Positions 28,401 through 43,747 of a stretch of DNA of 64,000 nt are shown piece by piece. Numbering within the stretch: the stretch's first letter is position 1; every line of letters starts with the position of its first letter. Location: positions 39,184,001 to 39,248,000 of the forward strand of contig OZ024740.1 in the NCBI GenBank assembly GCA_964016885.1, written 5' to 3'. The notes beneath the pieces were generated by a model. That model did no database searches. It was given only the letters and a program-made list of their open reading frames with translations, and had not been told where the DNA came from. This DNA is from Eledone cirrhosa. Its lineage: Eukaryota. A program made the translations under genes and the position numbers.

Positions 28401-31400
28401 GTATTGTAACTATATAACTGTAGTATTGCAACAATATATTGTAGTATTGTAACTATATAACACTAGTATTGCAACTATATGACAGTAGTATTGCAACTAT
28501 ACAGTGTATTATTGTAACTATATAACAGTAGTATTGTAACTATATAACAGTAGTATTGTAAATATATAACCGTAGTATTGTAACTATACATAACAGTAGT
28601 ATTGTAACTATATAACAGAAGTATTGTAACTATATAACAGTAGTATTGTAACTATATCTAACAGTAGTATTGTAACTATATAACAGTAGTATTGTAACTA
28701 TATAACAGTAGTATTGTAACTATATAACAGTAGTAATGTAACTATATAACAGAAGCATTGTAACTATATAGTGTAGTATTGTAACTATATAAGAGTAGTA
28801 TTGTAACTATATAGTGTAGTATTATAACTATATAACAGTAGTATTGTAACTATATAACAGTAGTATTGTAACTATATATAACAGTAGTATTGTAACTATA
28901 TAGTGTAGTATTGTAACTATATAACAGTAGTATTGTAACTATATAGTGTACTATTGTAACTATATAACAGTAGTATTGTAACTATATAGTGTAGTATTGT
29001 AAATATATAACAGTAGTATTGGAACTATATATAACAGTAGTATTGTGACTATATAACAGTAGTATTGTAACTATATAACAGTAGTATTGTAACTATATAG
29101 TTTAGAATTGCAACTATATAACAGTAGTATTGTAACTATATAATGGTAGTATTGTAACTATATAACAGTAGTATTGTAACTATATAACAGTAGTAATGTA
29201 ACTATATAGTGTAGTATTGTAACTATATAACAGTAGTATTGTAGCTATATAGTGTAGTATTGTAACTATAGAACAGTAGTATTGTAACTATATAACAGTA
29301 GTATTGTAACTATATAGTGTAGTATTGTAACTATATAACAGTAGTATTGTAACTATATAACAGTAGTATTGTAACTATATAACAGTAGTATGGTAACTAT
29401 AAAACAGTAGTATTGTAACTATATAGCAGTAGTAATTTAACTATATAGTAGTATTGTAACTATATATAGCAGTAGTATTTTAACTATATTGTAGTATTCT
29501 AACTATATATAACAGTAGTATTGTAACTATATAACAGTAGTATTGTAACTATATAACAGTAGTATTGTAACTATATATAACACTAGTATTGTAACTATAT
29601 AACAGTAGTATTGTAACTATATAGTGTAGTATTGTAACTATGTATAACAGTAGTATTGTAACTATATAACAGTAGTATTGTAACTATATAGTGTAGTATT
29701 GTAAATATATATAACAGTAGTATTCTAACTATATAACAGTAGTATTGTAACTATATAGTGTAGTATTGTAACTATATAGTGTAGTATTGTAACTATATGA
29801 CAGTAGTATTGTAACTATATAACAGTAGTATTGTAACTATATAGTGTAGTATTGCAACTATATAGTGTAGTATTGTAATTATATAACAGTAGTATTGTAA
29901 CTATATAACAGTAGTATTGTAACTATATAACAGTAGTATTGTAACAATATATAACAGTAGTATTGTAACTATATAGTGTAGTATTGTAACTATATAACAC
30001 TAGTATTGTAACTATATAGTGTAGTATTGTAACTATATAGTGTAATATTTTAACTATATGACAGTAGTATTGTAACTATATAACAGTAGTATTGTAACTA
30101 TATAACAGTAGTATTGTAACAATATATAACAGTAGTATCGTAACTATATAGTGTAGTATTGTAACTATATAACACTAGTATTGTAACTATATAGTGTAGT
30201 ATTGTAACTATATAACAGTAGTATTGTAACTATATAACAGTAGTATTGTAACTATATAACAGTAGTATTGTAACTATATAACTGTAGTATTGCAACAATA
30301 TATTGTAGTATTGTAGCTATATAACAGTAGTATTGCAACTATATGGCAGTAGTATTGCAACTATACAGTGTATTATTGTAACTATATAACAGTAGTATTG
30401 TAACTATATAACAGTAGTATTGTAAATATATAACCGTAGTATTGTAACTATACATAACAGTAGTATTGTAACTATATAACAGTAGTATTGTAACTATATA
30501 ACAGTAGTATTGTAACTATATAACAGTAGTATTGTAACTATATAACAGTAGTATTGTAACTATATATAACAGTAGTATTGTAACTATATAACAGTAGTAT
30601 TGTAACTATATAACAGTAGTATTGTAACTATATAACAGTAGTAATGTAACTATATAACAGAAGCATTGTAACTATATAGTGTAGTATTGTAACTATATAA
30701 GAGTAGTATTGTAACTATATAGTGTAGTATTGTAACTATATAACAGTAGTATTGTAACTATATAACAGTAGTATTGTAACTATATATAACAGTAGTATTG
30801 TAACTATATAGTGTAGTATTGTAACTATATAACAGTAGTATTGTAACTATATAGTGTACTATTTTAACTATATAACAGTAGTATTGTAACTATATAATGG
30901 TCGTATTGTAACTATATAACAGTAGTATTGTAACTATATAACAGTAGTATTGTAACTATATAACAGTAGTAATGTAACTATATAGTGTAGTATTGTAACT
31001 ATATAACAGTAGTATTGTAGCTATATAGTGTAGTATTGTAACTATATAACAGTAGTATTGTAACTATATAACAGTAGTATTGTAACTATATAGTGTAGTA
31101 TTGTAACTATATAACAGTAGTATTGTAACTATATAACAGTAGTATTGTAACTATATAACAGTAGTATGGTAACTATAAAACAGTAGTATTGTAACTATAT
31201 AGCAGTAGTAATTTAACTATATAGTAGTATTGTAACTATATATAGCAGTAGTATTTTAACTATATTGTAGTATTCTAACTATATATAACAGTAGTATTGT
31301 AACTATATAACAGTAGTATTGTAACTATATAACAGTAGTATTTTAACTATATATAACACTTGTATTGTAGCTATATAACAGTAGTATTGTAACTATATAG

Positions 31401-34400
31401 TGTAGTATCGTAACTATATATAACAGTAGTATTGTAACTATATAGTGTAGTATTGTAACTATATATAACAGTAGTATTATAACTATATAACAGTAGTATT
31501 GTAACTATATAGTGTAGTATTGTAACTATATAGTGTAGTATTGTAACTATATGACAGTAGTATTGTAACTATATAACAGTAGTATTGTAACTATATAGTG
31601 TAGTATTGTAACTATATAACAGTGGTATTGTAACTATATAACAGTAGTATTGTAACTATATAACAGTAGTATTGTAACAATATATAACAGTAGTATTGTA
31701 ACTATATAGTGTAGTATTGTAACTATATAACACTAGTATTGTAACTATATAGTGTAGTATTGTAACTATATAGTGTAATATTTTAACTATATGACAGTAG
31801 TATTGTAACTATATAACAGTAGTATTGTAACTATATAGTGTAGTATTGCAACTATATAACAGTAGTAAAGTAACTATATATAACAGTAGTATTCTAACTA
31901 TATAACACTAGTATTGTAACTATATAGTGTAGTATTGTAACTATATAACAGTAGTATTGTAACTATATAACAGTAGTATTGTAACTATATAACAGTAGTA
32001 TTGTAACTATATAACTGTAGTATTGCAACAATATATTGTAGTATTGTAACTATATAACAGTAGTATTGCAACTATATGACAGTAGTATTGCAACTATACA
32101 GTGTATTATTGTAACTATATAACAGTAGTATTGTAACTATATAACAGTAGTATTGTAACTATATAGCCGTAGTATTGTAACTATACATAACAGTAGTATT
32201 GTAACTATATAACAGTAGTATTGTAACTATATAACAGTAGTATTGTAACTATATAACAGTAGTATTGTAACTATATAACAGTAGTATTGTAACTATTTAT
32301 AACAGTAGTATTGTAACTATATAACAGTAGTATTGTAACTATATAACAGTAGTATTGTAACTATATAACAGTAGTAATGTAACTATATAACAGAAGCATT
32401 GTAACTATATAGTGTAGTATTGTAACTATATAAGAGTAGTATTGTAACTATATAGTGTAGTATTGTAACTATATAACAGTAGTATTGTAACTATATAACA
32501 GTAGTATTGTAACTATATATAACAGTAGTATTGTAACTATATATCGTAGTATTGTAACTATATAACAGTAGTATTGTAACTATATAGTGTACTATTGTAA
32601 CTATATAACAGTAGTATTGTAACTATATAGTGTAGTATTGTAACTATATAACAGTAGTATTGTAACTATATATAACAGTAGTATTGTGACTATATAACAG
32701 TAGTTTTGTAACTATATAACAGTAGTATTGTAACTATATAGTTTAGAATTGCAACTATATAACAGTAGTATTGTAACTATATAATGGTAGTATTGTAACT
32801 ATATAACAGTAGTATTGTAACTATATAACAGTAGTATTGTAACTATATAACAGTAGTAATGTAACTATATAACAGAAGCATTGTAACTATATAGTGTAGT
32901 ATTGTAACTATATAACAGTAGTATTGTAACTATATAGTGTAGTATTGTAACTATATAACAGTAGTATAGTAACTATATAACAGTAGTATCGTAACTATAT
33001 AACAGTAGTATCGTAACTATATAACAGTAGTATTGTAACTATATAACAGTAGTATTGTAACTATATAACAGTAGTATTGTAACTATATATAACAGTAGGA
33101 TTGTAACTATATAACAGTAGGATTGTAACTATATAGTGTAGTATTGTAACTATATAACAGTAGTATTGTAACTATATAACAGTAATATTGTAACTATATA
33201 ACAGTAGTATTGTATCTATATAACAGTAGTATTGTAACTATATAGTGTAGTATTGTAACTATATAAAAGTAGTATTGTAACTATATATAACAGTAGTATT
33301 GTAACTATATAACAGTAGTATTGTAACTATATAACAGCAGTATCGTAACTATATAACAGTAGTATTGTAACTATATGACAGTAGTATTGTAACTATATAA
33401 CAGTAGTATTGTAACTATATAACAGTAGTAATGTACCTATATAACAGTAGTATTTTAACTATATAACAGTAGTATTGTAACTATATATAACAGTAGTATT
33501 GTAACTATATATAACAGTAGTATTGTAACTATATAACAGTAGTATTGTAACTATATATAACAGTAGTATTGTAACTATATAACAGTAGTATTGTAACTAT
33601 ATAACAGTAGTATTGTAACTATATAACAGTAGTATTGTAACTATATAACAGTAGTATTGTAATTATATAACAGTAGTATTGTAACTATATAACAGTAGTA
33701 TTGTAACTATATAAGAGTAGTATTGTAACTATATATAACAGTAGTATTGTAACTATATAGTGTAGTATTGTAACTATATAACAGTAGTATTGTAACTATA
33801 TAACAGTAGTTTTGTAACTATGTAGTGTAGTATTGTTACTATATAACTGTAGCATTGTAACTATATATCAGTAGTATTGTAACTATATATCAGTAGTATT
33901 GTAACTATATAACAGTAGTATTGTAACTATATAACAGTAGTATTTTACTATATAGTAGTATTGTAACTATATATAACAGTAGTATTGTAATTATATAGTG
34001 TAGTATTGTAACTATATAACAGTAGTATTGTAACTATATAACAGTAGTATTGTAACTATATAACAGTAGTATTGTAACTATATAACAGTAGTATTGTAAC
34101 TATATGACAGTAGTATTGTAACTATATGTAACAGTAGTATTGTAACTATATAGTGTAGTATTGTAACTATATAACAGTAGTATTGTAACTATATAACAGT
34201 AGTAATGTAACTATATGGTGTAGTATTGTAACTATATAACAGTAGTATTGTCGCTATATAGTATAGTATTGTAACTATATAACAGTAGTATTGTAACTAT
34301 ATAACAGTAGTATTGTAACTATATAGTGTAGTATTGTAACTATATAACAGTAGTATTGTAACTATATAACAGTAGTATTTTAACTATATAACTGTAGTAT

Positions 34401-34719
34401 TGTAACTATATAACAGTAGTATTGTAACTATATAACAGTAGTATTGTAACTATATAACAGTAGTATTGTAACTAGAAAACAGTAGTATTGTAACTATATA
34501 GCAGTAGTATTGTAACTATATAGCAGTAGTAATTTAACTATATAGTAGTATTGTAACTATATATAACAGTAGTATTGTAACTATATAACAGTAGTATTGT
34601 AACTATATAACAGTAGTATTGTAACTATATATAACACTAGTATTGTAAATATATAACAGTAGTATTGCAACTATATAGTGTAGTATTGTAACTATATATA
34701 ACAGTAGTATTGTAATTAT

Positions 34720-37700
34720 ATAACAGTAGTATTGTAACTATATAGTGTAGTATTGTAATTATATATAACAGTAGTATTCTAACTATATAACAGTAGTATT
34801 GTAACTATATAGTGTAGTATTGTAACTATATGACAGTAGTATTGTAACTATATAACAGTAGTATTGTAACTATATAGTGTAATATTGCAACTATATAGTG
34901 TAGTATTGTAACTATATAACAGTAGTATTGTAACTATATAACAGTAGTATTGTAACTATATAACAGTAGTATTGTAACAATATATAACAGTAGTATTGTA
35001 ACTATATAGTGTAGTATTGTAACTATATAACACTAGTATTGTAACTATATAGTGTAGTATTTTAAATATATGACAGTAGTATTGTAACTATATAACAGTA
35101 GTATTGTAACAATATAGTGTAGTATTGCAACTATATAACAGAAGTATTGTAACTATATATAACAGTAGTATTCTAAATATATAACACTAGTATTGTAACT
35201 ATATAGTGTAGTATTGTAACTATATAACAGTAGTATTGTAACTAGATAACAGTAGTATTGTAACTATATAACAGCAGTATTGTAACTATATAACTGTAGT
35301 ATTGCAACAATATATTGTAGTATTGTAACTATATAACAGTAGTATTGCAACTATATGACAGTAGTATTGCAACTATACAGTGTATTATTGTAACTATATA
35401 ACAGTAGTATCGTAACTATATAACAGTAGTATTGTAACTATATAACCGTAGTATTGTAACTATACATAACAGTATTATTGTAACTATATAACAGTAGTAT
35501 TGTAACTATATAACAGTAGTATTGTAACTATATAACAGTAGTATTGTAACTATATAACAGTAGTATTGTAACTATATATAACAGTAGTATTGTAACTATA
35601 TAACAGTAGTATTGTAACTATATAACAGTAGTATTGTAACTATATAAATGTAGTAATGTAACTATATAACAGAAGCATTGTAAATATATAGTGTAGTATT
35701 GTAACTATATAAGAGTAGTATTGTAACTATATAGTGTAGTATTGTAACTATATAACAGTAGTATTGTAACTATATAACAGTAGTATTGTAACTATATATA
35801 ACAGTAGTATTGTAACTATATAGTGTAGTATTGTAACTATATAACAGTAGTATTGTAACTATATAGTGTACTATTGTAACTATATAACAGTAGTATTGTA
35901 ACTATATAGTGTAGTATTGTAATTATATAACAGTAGTATTGTCACTATATATAACAGTAGTATGGTGACTATATAACAGTAGTATTGTAACTATATAACA
36001 GTAGTATTGTAACTATATAGTGTAGAATTGCAACTATATAACAGTAGTATTGTAACTATATAGTGTAGTATTGTAACTATATAACAGTAGTATTGTAACT
36101 ATATAACAGTAGTATTGTAACTATATAACAGTAGTATTGTAACTATATAGTGTAGTATTGCAACTATATAACAGTAGTATTGTAACTATATAATGGTAGT
36201 ATTGTAACTATATAACAGTAGTATTGTAACTATATAACAGTAGTATTGTAACTATATAACAGTAGTAACGTAACTATATAACAGAAGCATTGTAACTATA
36301 TAGTGTAGTATTGTAACTATATAGCAGTATTATTGTAACTATATAGTGTAGTATTGTAACTATATAACAGTAGTATTGTAACTATATAACAGTAGTATCG
36401 TAACTATATAACAGTAGTATTGTAACTATATGACAGTAGTATTGTAACTATATAACAGTAGTATTGTAACTGTATATAACAGTAGTATTGTAACTATATA
36501 ACAGTAGTATTGTAACTATATAACAGTAGTATTGTAACTATATAACAGTAGTATTGTAACTATATAACAGTAGTATTGTAATTATATAACAGTAGTATTG
36601 TAACTATATAACAGTAGTATTGTAAATATATAACAGTAGTATTGTAACTATATAGTGTAGTATTGTAAATATATAACAGTAGTATTGTAACTATATAACA
36701 GTAGTATTGTAAATATATAAGAGTAGTATTGTAGCTATATATAACAGTAGTATTGTAACTATATAGTGTAGTATTGTAACTATATAACAGTAGTATTGTA
36801 ACTATAGAACTGTAGTATTGTAACTATATAACTGTAGTATTGTAACTATGTAATGTAGTATTGTAACTATATAACAGTAGTATTGTAACTATATAACTGT
36901 AGCATTGTAACTATATAACAGTAGTACAGTAACTATATAACAGTAGTATTGTAACTATATAACAGTAGTATTGTAACTATATAACAGTAGTATTGTAACT
37001 ATATAGCAATAGTATTGTAACTATATAGCAGTAGTATTTTACTATATAGTAGTATTGTAACTATATATAACAGTAGTATTGTAACTATATAGTGTAGTAT
37101 TGTAACTATATAACAGTAGTATTGTAACTATATAACAGTAGTATTGTAACTATATAACCGTAGTATCGTAACTATATAGCAATAGTATTGTAACTATATA
37201 GCAGTAGTATTTTACTATATAGTAGTATTGTAACTATATATAACAGTAGTATTGTAAGTATATAGTGTAGTATTGTAACTATATAACAGTAGTATTGTAA
37301 CTATATAACAGTAGTATTGTAACTATATAACAGTAGTATTGTAACTATATAACAGTAGTATTGTAACTATATAACAGTAGTATTGTAACTATATGACAGT
37401 AGTATTGTAACTATATGTAACAGTAGTATCGTTACTATATAGTGTAGTATTGTAACTATATAACAGTAGTATTTTAACTATATGACAGTCGTATTGTAAC
37501 TATATAACAGTAGTAATGTAACTATATAGTGTAGTATTGCAACTATATAACAGTAGTATTGTAACTATATAGTGTAGTATCGTAACTATATAACAGTAGT
37601 ATTGTAACTATATGACAGTAGTATTGTAACTATATAACCGTAGTATTGTAACTATATAACAGTAGTATTGTAACTATATAACAGTAGTATTGTAACTATA

Positions 37701-40300
37701 TAACAGTAGTATTTTAACTATATAACAGTAGTATTGTAACTATATAGTGTAGTATTGTAATTATATATAACAGTAGTATTCTAACTATATAACAGTAGTA
37801 TTGTAACTATATAGTGTAGTATTGTAACTATATGACAGTAGTATTGTAACTATATAACAGTAGTATTGTAACTATATAGTGTAATATTGCAACTATATAG
37901 TGTAGTATTGTAACTATATAACAGTAGTATTGTAACTATATAACAGTAGTATTGTAACTATATAACAGTAGTATTGTAACAATATATAACAGTAGTATTG
38001 TAACTATATAGTGTAGTATTGTAACTATATAACACTAGTATTGTAACTATATAGTGTAGTATTTTAAATATATGACAGTAGTATTGTAACTATATAACAG
38101 TAGTATTGTAACTATATAGTGTAGTATTGCAACTATATAACAGTAGTATTGTAACTATATATAACAGTAGTATTCTAAATATATAACACTAGTATTGTAA
38201 CTATATAGTGTAGTATTGTAACTATATAACAGTAGTATTGTAACTAGATAACAGTAGTATTGTAACTATATAACAGTAGTATTGTAACTATATAACTGTA
38301 GTATTGCAACAATATATTGTAGTATTGTAACTATATAACAGTAGTATTGCAACTATATGACAGTAGTATTGCAACTATACAGTGTATTATTGTAACTATA
38401 TAACAGTAGTATCGTAACTATATAACAGTAGTATTGTAACTATATAACCGTAGTATTGTAACTATACATAACAGTATTATTGTAACTATATAACAGTAGT
38501 ATTGTAACTATATAACAGTAGTATTGTAACTATATAACAGTAGTATTGTAACTATATAACAGTAGTATTGTAACTATATATAACAGTAGTATTGTAACTA
38601 TATAACAGTAGTATTGTAACTATATAACAGTAGTATTGTAACTATATAAATGTAGTAATGTAACTATATAACAGAAGCATTGTAAATATATAGTGTAGTA
38701 TTGTAACTATATAAGAGTAGTATTGTAACTATATAGTGTAGTATTGTAACTATATAACAGTAGTATTGTAACTATATAACAGTAGTATTGTAACTATATA
38801 TAACAGTAGTATTGTAACTATATAGTGTAGTATTGTAACTATATAACAGTAGTATTGTAACTATATAGTGTACTATTGTAACTATATAACAGTAGTATTG
38901 TAACTATATAGTGTAGTATTGTAATTATATAACAGTAGTATTGTCACTATATATAACAGTAGTATGGTGACTATATAACAGTAGTATTGTAACTATATAA
39001 CAGTAGTATTGTAACTATATAGTGTAGATTTGCAACTATATAACAGTAGTATTGTAACTATATAGTGTAGTATTGTAACTATATAACAGTAGTATTGTAA
39101 CTATATAACAGTAGTATTGTAACTATATAACAGTAGTATTGTAACTATATAGTGTAGTATTGCAACTATATAACAGTAGTATTGTAACTATATAATGGTA
39201 GTATTGTAACTATATAACAGTAGTATTGTAACTATATAACAGTAGTATTGTAACTATATAACAGTAGTAATGTAACTATATAACAGAAGCATTGTAACTA
39301 TATAGTGTAGTATTGTAACTATATAGCAGTAGTATTGTAACTATATAGTGTAGTATTGTAACTATATAACAGTAGTATTGTAACTATATAACAGTAGTAT
39401 CGTAACTATATAACAGTAGTATTGTAACTATATGACAGTAGTATTGTAACTATATAACAGTAGTATTGTAACTGTATATAACAGTAGTATTGTAACTATA
39501 TAACAGTAGTATTGTAACTATATAACAGTAGTATTGTAACTATATAACAGTAGTATTGTAACTATATAACAGTAGTATTGTAATTATATAACAGTAGTAT
39601 TGTAACTATATAACAGTAGTATTGTAAATATATAACAGTAGTATTGTAACTATATAGTGTAGTATTGTAAATATATAACAGTAGTATTGTAACTATATAA
39701 CAGTAGTATTGTAAATATATAAGAGTAGTATTGTAGCTATATATAACAGTAGTATTGTAACTATATAGTGTAGTATTGTAACTATATAACAGTAGTATTG
39801 TAACTATAGAACTGTAGTATTGTAACTATATAACTGTAGTATTGTAACTATGTAATGTAGTATTGTAACTATATAACAGTAGTATTGTAACTATATAACT
39901 GTAGCATTGTAACTATATAACAGTAGTATAGTAACTATATAACAGTAGTATTGTAACTATATAACAGTAGTATTGTAACTATATAACAGTAGTATTGTAA
40001 CTATATAGCAATAGTATTGTAACTATATAGCAGTAGTATTTTACTATATAGTAGTATTGTAACTATATATAAAAGTAGTATTGTAACTATATAGTGTAGT
40101 ATTGTAACTATATAACAGTAGTATTGTAACTATATAACAGTAGTATTGTAACTATATAACCGTAGTATCGTAACTATATAGCAATAGTATTGTAACTATA
40201 TAGCAGTAGTATTTTACTATATAATAGTATTGTAACTATATATAACAGTAGTATTGTAAGTATATAGTGTAGTATTGTAACTATATAACAGTAGTATTTT
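34720..40300 (+). repeat. Higher-order tandem duplication, 3002-bp unit, ~2 copies (ends approximate)
   Basis: Rare variants recur at +3002: GTAATT 34755/37757, ACTAGATAAC 35241/38243, AAATG 35646/38648, GTCACT 35941/38943, GTAAG 37254/40256. Confidence 0.85.
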
Positions 40301-41528
40301 AACTATATGACAGTCGTATTGTAACTATATAACAGTAGTAATGTAACTATATAGTGTAGTATTGCAACTATATAACAGTAGTATTGTAACTATATAGTGT
40401 AGTATCGTAACTATATAACAGTAGTATTGTAACTATATGACAGTAGTATTGTAACTATATAACAGTAGTATTGTAACTATATAACAGTAGTATTGTAACT
40501 ATATAACAGTAGTATTGTAACTATATAACAGTAGTATTTTAACTATATAACAGTAGTATTGTAATTATATAACAGTAGTATTGTAACTATATAACAGTAG
40601 TATTGTAACTATATAACAGTAGTATTGTAACTATATAACAGTAGTATTGTAACTATATAACAGTAGTATTGTAACTATAAAACAGTAGTATTGTAACTAT
40701 ATAGCAGTAGTAATTTAACTATATAGTAGTATTGTAACTATATATAGCAGTAGTATTTTAACTATATTGTAGTATTCTAACTATATATAACAGTAGTATT
40801 GTAACTATATAACAGTAGTATTGTAACTATATAACAGTAGTATTGTAACTATATATAACACTAGTATTGTAACTATATAACAGTAGTATTGTAACTATAT
40901 AGTGTAGTATTGTAACTATATATAACAGTAGTATTGTAACTATATAACAGTAGTATTGTAACTATATAGTGTAGTATTGTAGCTATATAGTGTAGTATTG
41001 TAACTATATGACAGTAGTATTGTAACTATATAACAGTAGTATTGTAACTATATAGTGTAGTATTGCAACTATATAGTGTAGTATTGTAACTATATAACAG
41101 TAGTATTGTAACTATATAACAGTAGTATTGTAACTATATAACAGTAGTATTGTAACTATATAACAGTAGTAATGTAACTATATAACAGTAGTAATGTAAC
41201 TATATGACAGTAGTATTGCAACTATATAACAGTAGCATTGTAACTATATAACAGTAGTATTGTAACTATATAACAGTAGTATTGTAACTATACAGTGTAG
41301 TATTGTAACTATATAACAGTAGAATTGTAACTATATAACAGTAGTATTGTAACTATATAACAGTAGTATTGTAACTATATAACAGTAGCATTGTAACAAT
41401 ATATGACAGTAGTATTGTAACTATATAACAGTAGTATTGTAACTGTATATAACAGTAGTATTGTAACTATATAACAGTAGTATTGTAACTATATAACAGT
41501 AGTATTGTAACTATATAACAGTAGTATT

Positions 41529-43747
41529 ATATAGTTACACTACTACTGTTATATAGTTACAATACTACACTATATAGTTACAATACTACACTATATATTT
41601 ATAATGCTTCTGTTATATAGTTACATTACTACTGTTATATAGTTACAATACTACTGTTATATAGTTACAATACTACTGTTATATAGTTACAATACTACTG
41701 TTATATATAGTTACAATACTACTGTTATATAGTTACAATACTACTGTTATATAGTTACAATAATACACTGTATATTTGCAATACTACTGTCATATAGTTG
41801 TAATACTACTGTTATATAGTTACAATACTACAATATATTGTTGCAATACTACAGTTATATAGTTACAATACTACTGTTATATATTGTTACAATGCTACTG
41901 TTATATAGTTACAATACTACTGTGATATAGTCGCAATACTACACTATATAGTTACAATACTACTGTTATATAGTTACAATACTACTGTCATATAGTTAAA
42001 ATACTACACTATATAGTTACAATACTACACTATATAGTTACAATACTAGTGTTATATAGTTACAATACTACACTATATAGTTACAATACTACTGTTATAT
42101 ATTGTTACAATGCTACTGTTATATAGTTACAATACTACTGTTATATAGTTACAATTCTACTGTTATATAGTTACAATACTACACTGTATAGTTACAATAC
42201 TACTGTTATATAGTTACAATACTACTGTTATATAGTTACAATACTACTGTTATATAGTTACAATACTACTGTTATATAGTTACAATTCTACTGTTATATA
42301 GTTACAATACTACACTATATAGTTACAATACTACTGTTATATATAGTTACAATACTACACTATATAGTTACAATACTACTGTTATATAGTTACAATACTA
42401 GTGTTATATATAGTTACAATACTGCTGTTATATAGTTACAATACTACTGTTATATAGTTACAATACTACTGTTATATATAGTTAGAATACTACAATATAG
42501 TTAAAATACTACTGCTATATATAGTTACACTACTACTATATAGTTAAATTACTACTGCTATATAGTTACAATACTACTGTTTTATAGTTACAATACTACT
42601 GTTATATAGTTACAATACTACACTATATAGTTACAATACTACTGTTATATAGTTACAATACTACTGCTATATAGTTACAATACTACAGTTATATAGTTAC
42701 AAAACTACACTACATAGTTACAATACTACTGTTATATAGTTAAAATACTACTGTTATATAGTTACAATACTACTGTTATATAGTTACAATACTACTGTTA
42801 TATAGTTACAATACTACACTATATAGTTACATTACTACTGTTATATAGTTACAATACTACTGTTATTTAGTTACAATACTACACTATATAGTTACAATAC
42901 TACTGTTACATATAGTTACAATACTACTGTCATATAGTTACAATACTACTGTTATATAGTTACAATACTACTGTTATATAGTTACAATACTACTGTTATA
43001 TAGTTACAATACTACTGTTAAATAGTTACAATACTACTGTTATATAGTTACAATACTACACTATATAGTTACAATAATACTGTTATATATAGTTACAATA
43101 CTACTATATAGTAAAATACTACTGCTATATAGTTACAATACTATTGCTATATAGTTACAATACTCCTGTTATATAGTTACAATACTACTGTTATATAGTT
43201 ACAATACTACTGTTATATAGTTACTATACTACTGTTATATAGTTACAATGCTACAGTTATATAGTTACAATACTACTGTTATATAGTTACAATACTACAT
43301 TACATAGTTACAATACTACTGTTATATAGTTACAATACTACTGTTATATAGTTACAATACTACTGTTATATAGTTACAATACTACACTATATAGTTACAA
43401 TACTACTGTTATATATAGTTACAATACTACTCTTATATAGTTACAATACTACTGTTATATAGTTACAATACTACTGTTATATAGTTACAATACTACACTA
43501 TATAGTTACAATACTACTGTTATATAGTTACGATACTACTGTTATATAGTTACAATACTACTGTTATATAATTACAATACTACTGTTATATAGTTACAAT
43601 ACTACTGTTATATAGTTACAATACTACTGTTATATAGTTACAATACTACTGTTATATAGTTACAATACTACTGTTATATACAGTTACAATACTACTGTTA
43701 TATAGTTACAATACTACTGTCATATAGTTACAATCCTACTGTTATAT
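41529..43747 (-). repeat. Inverted block of the satellite (~2.2 kb, ~100 monomers)
   Basis: Monomer reads AATACTACTGTTATATAGTTAC (reverse complement) between GTAGTATT|ATATAGTTAC and GTTATAT|TGTAAC. Confidence 0.97.

Larger units (their letters stand above)
15945..41528 (+). repeat. 22-bp satellite array, central block
   Basis: Same monomer and orientation as left block, continuous. Confidence 0.98.
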
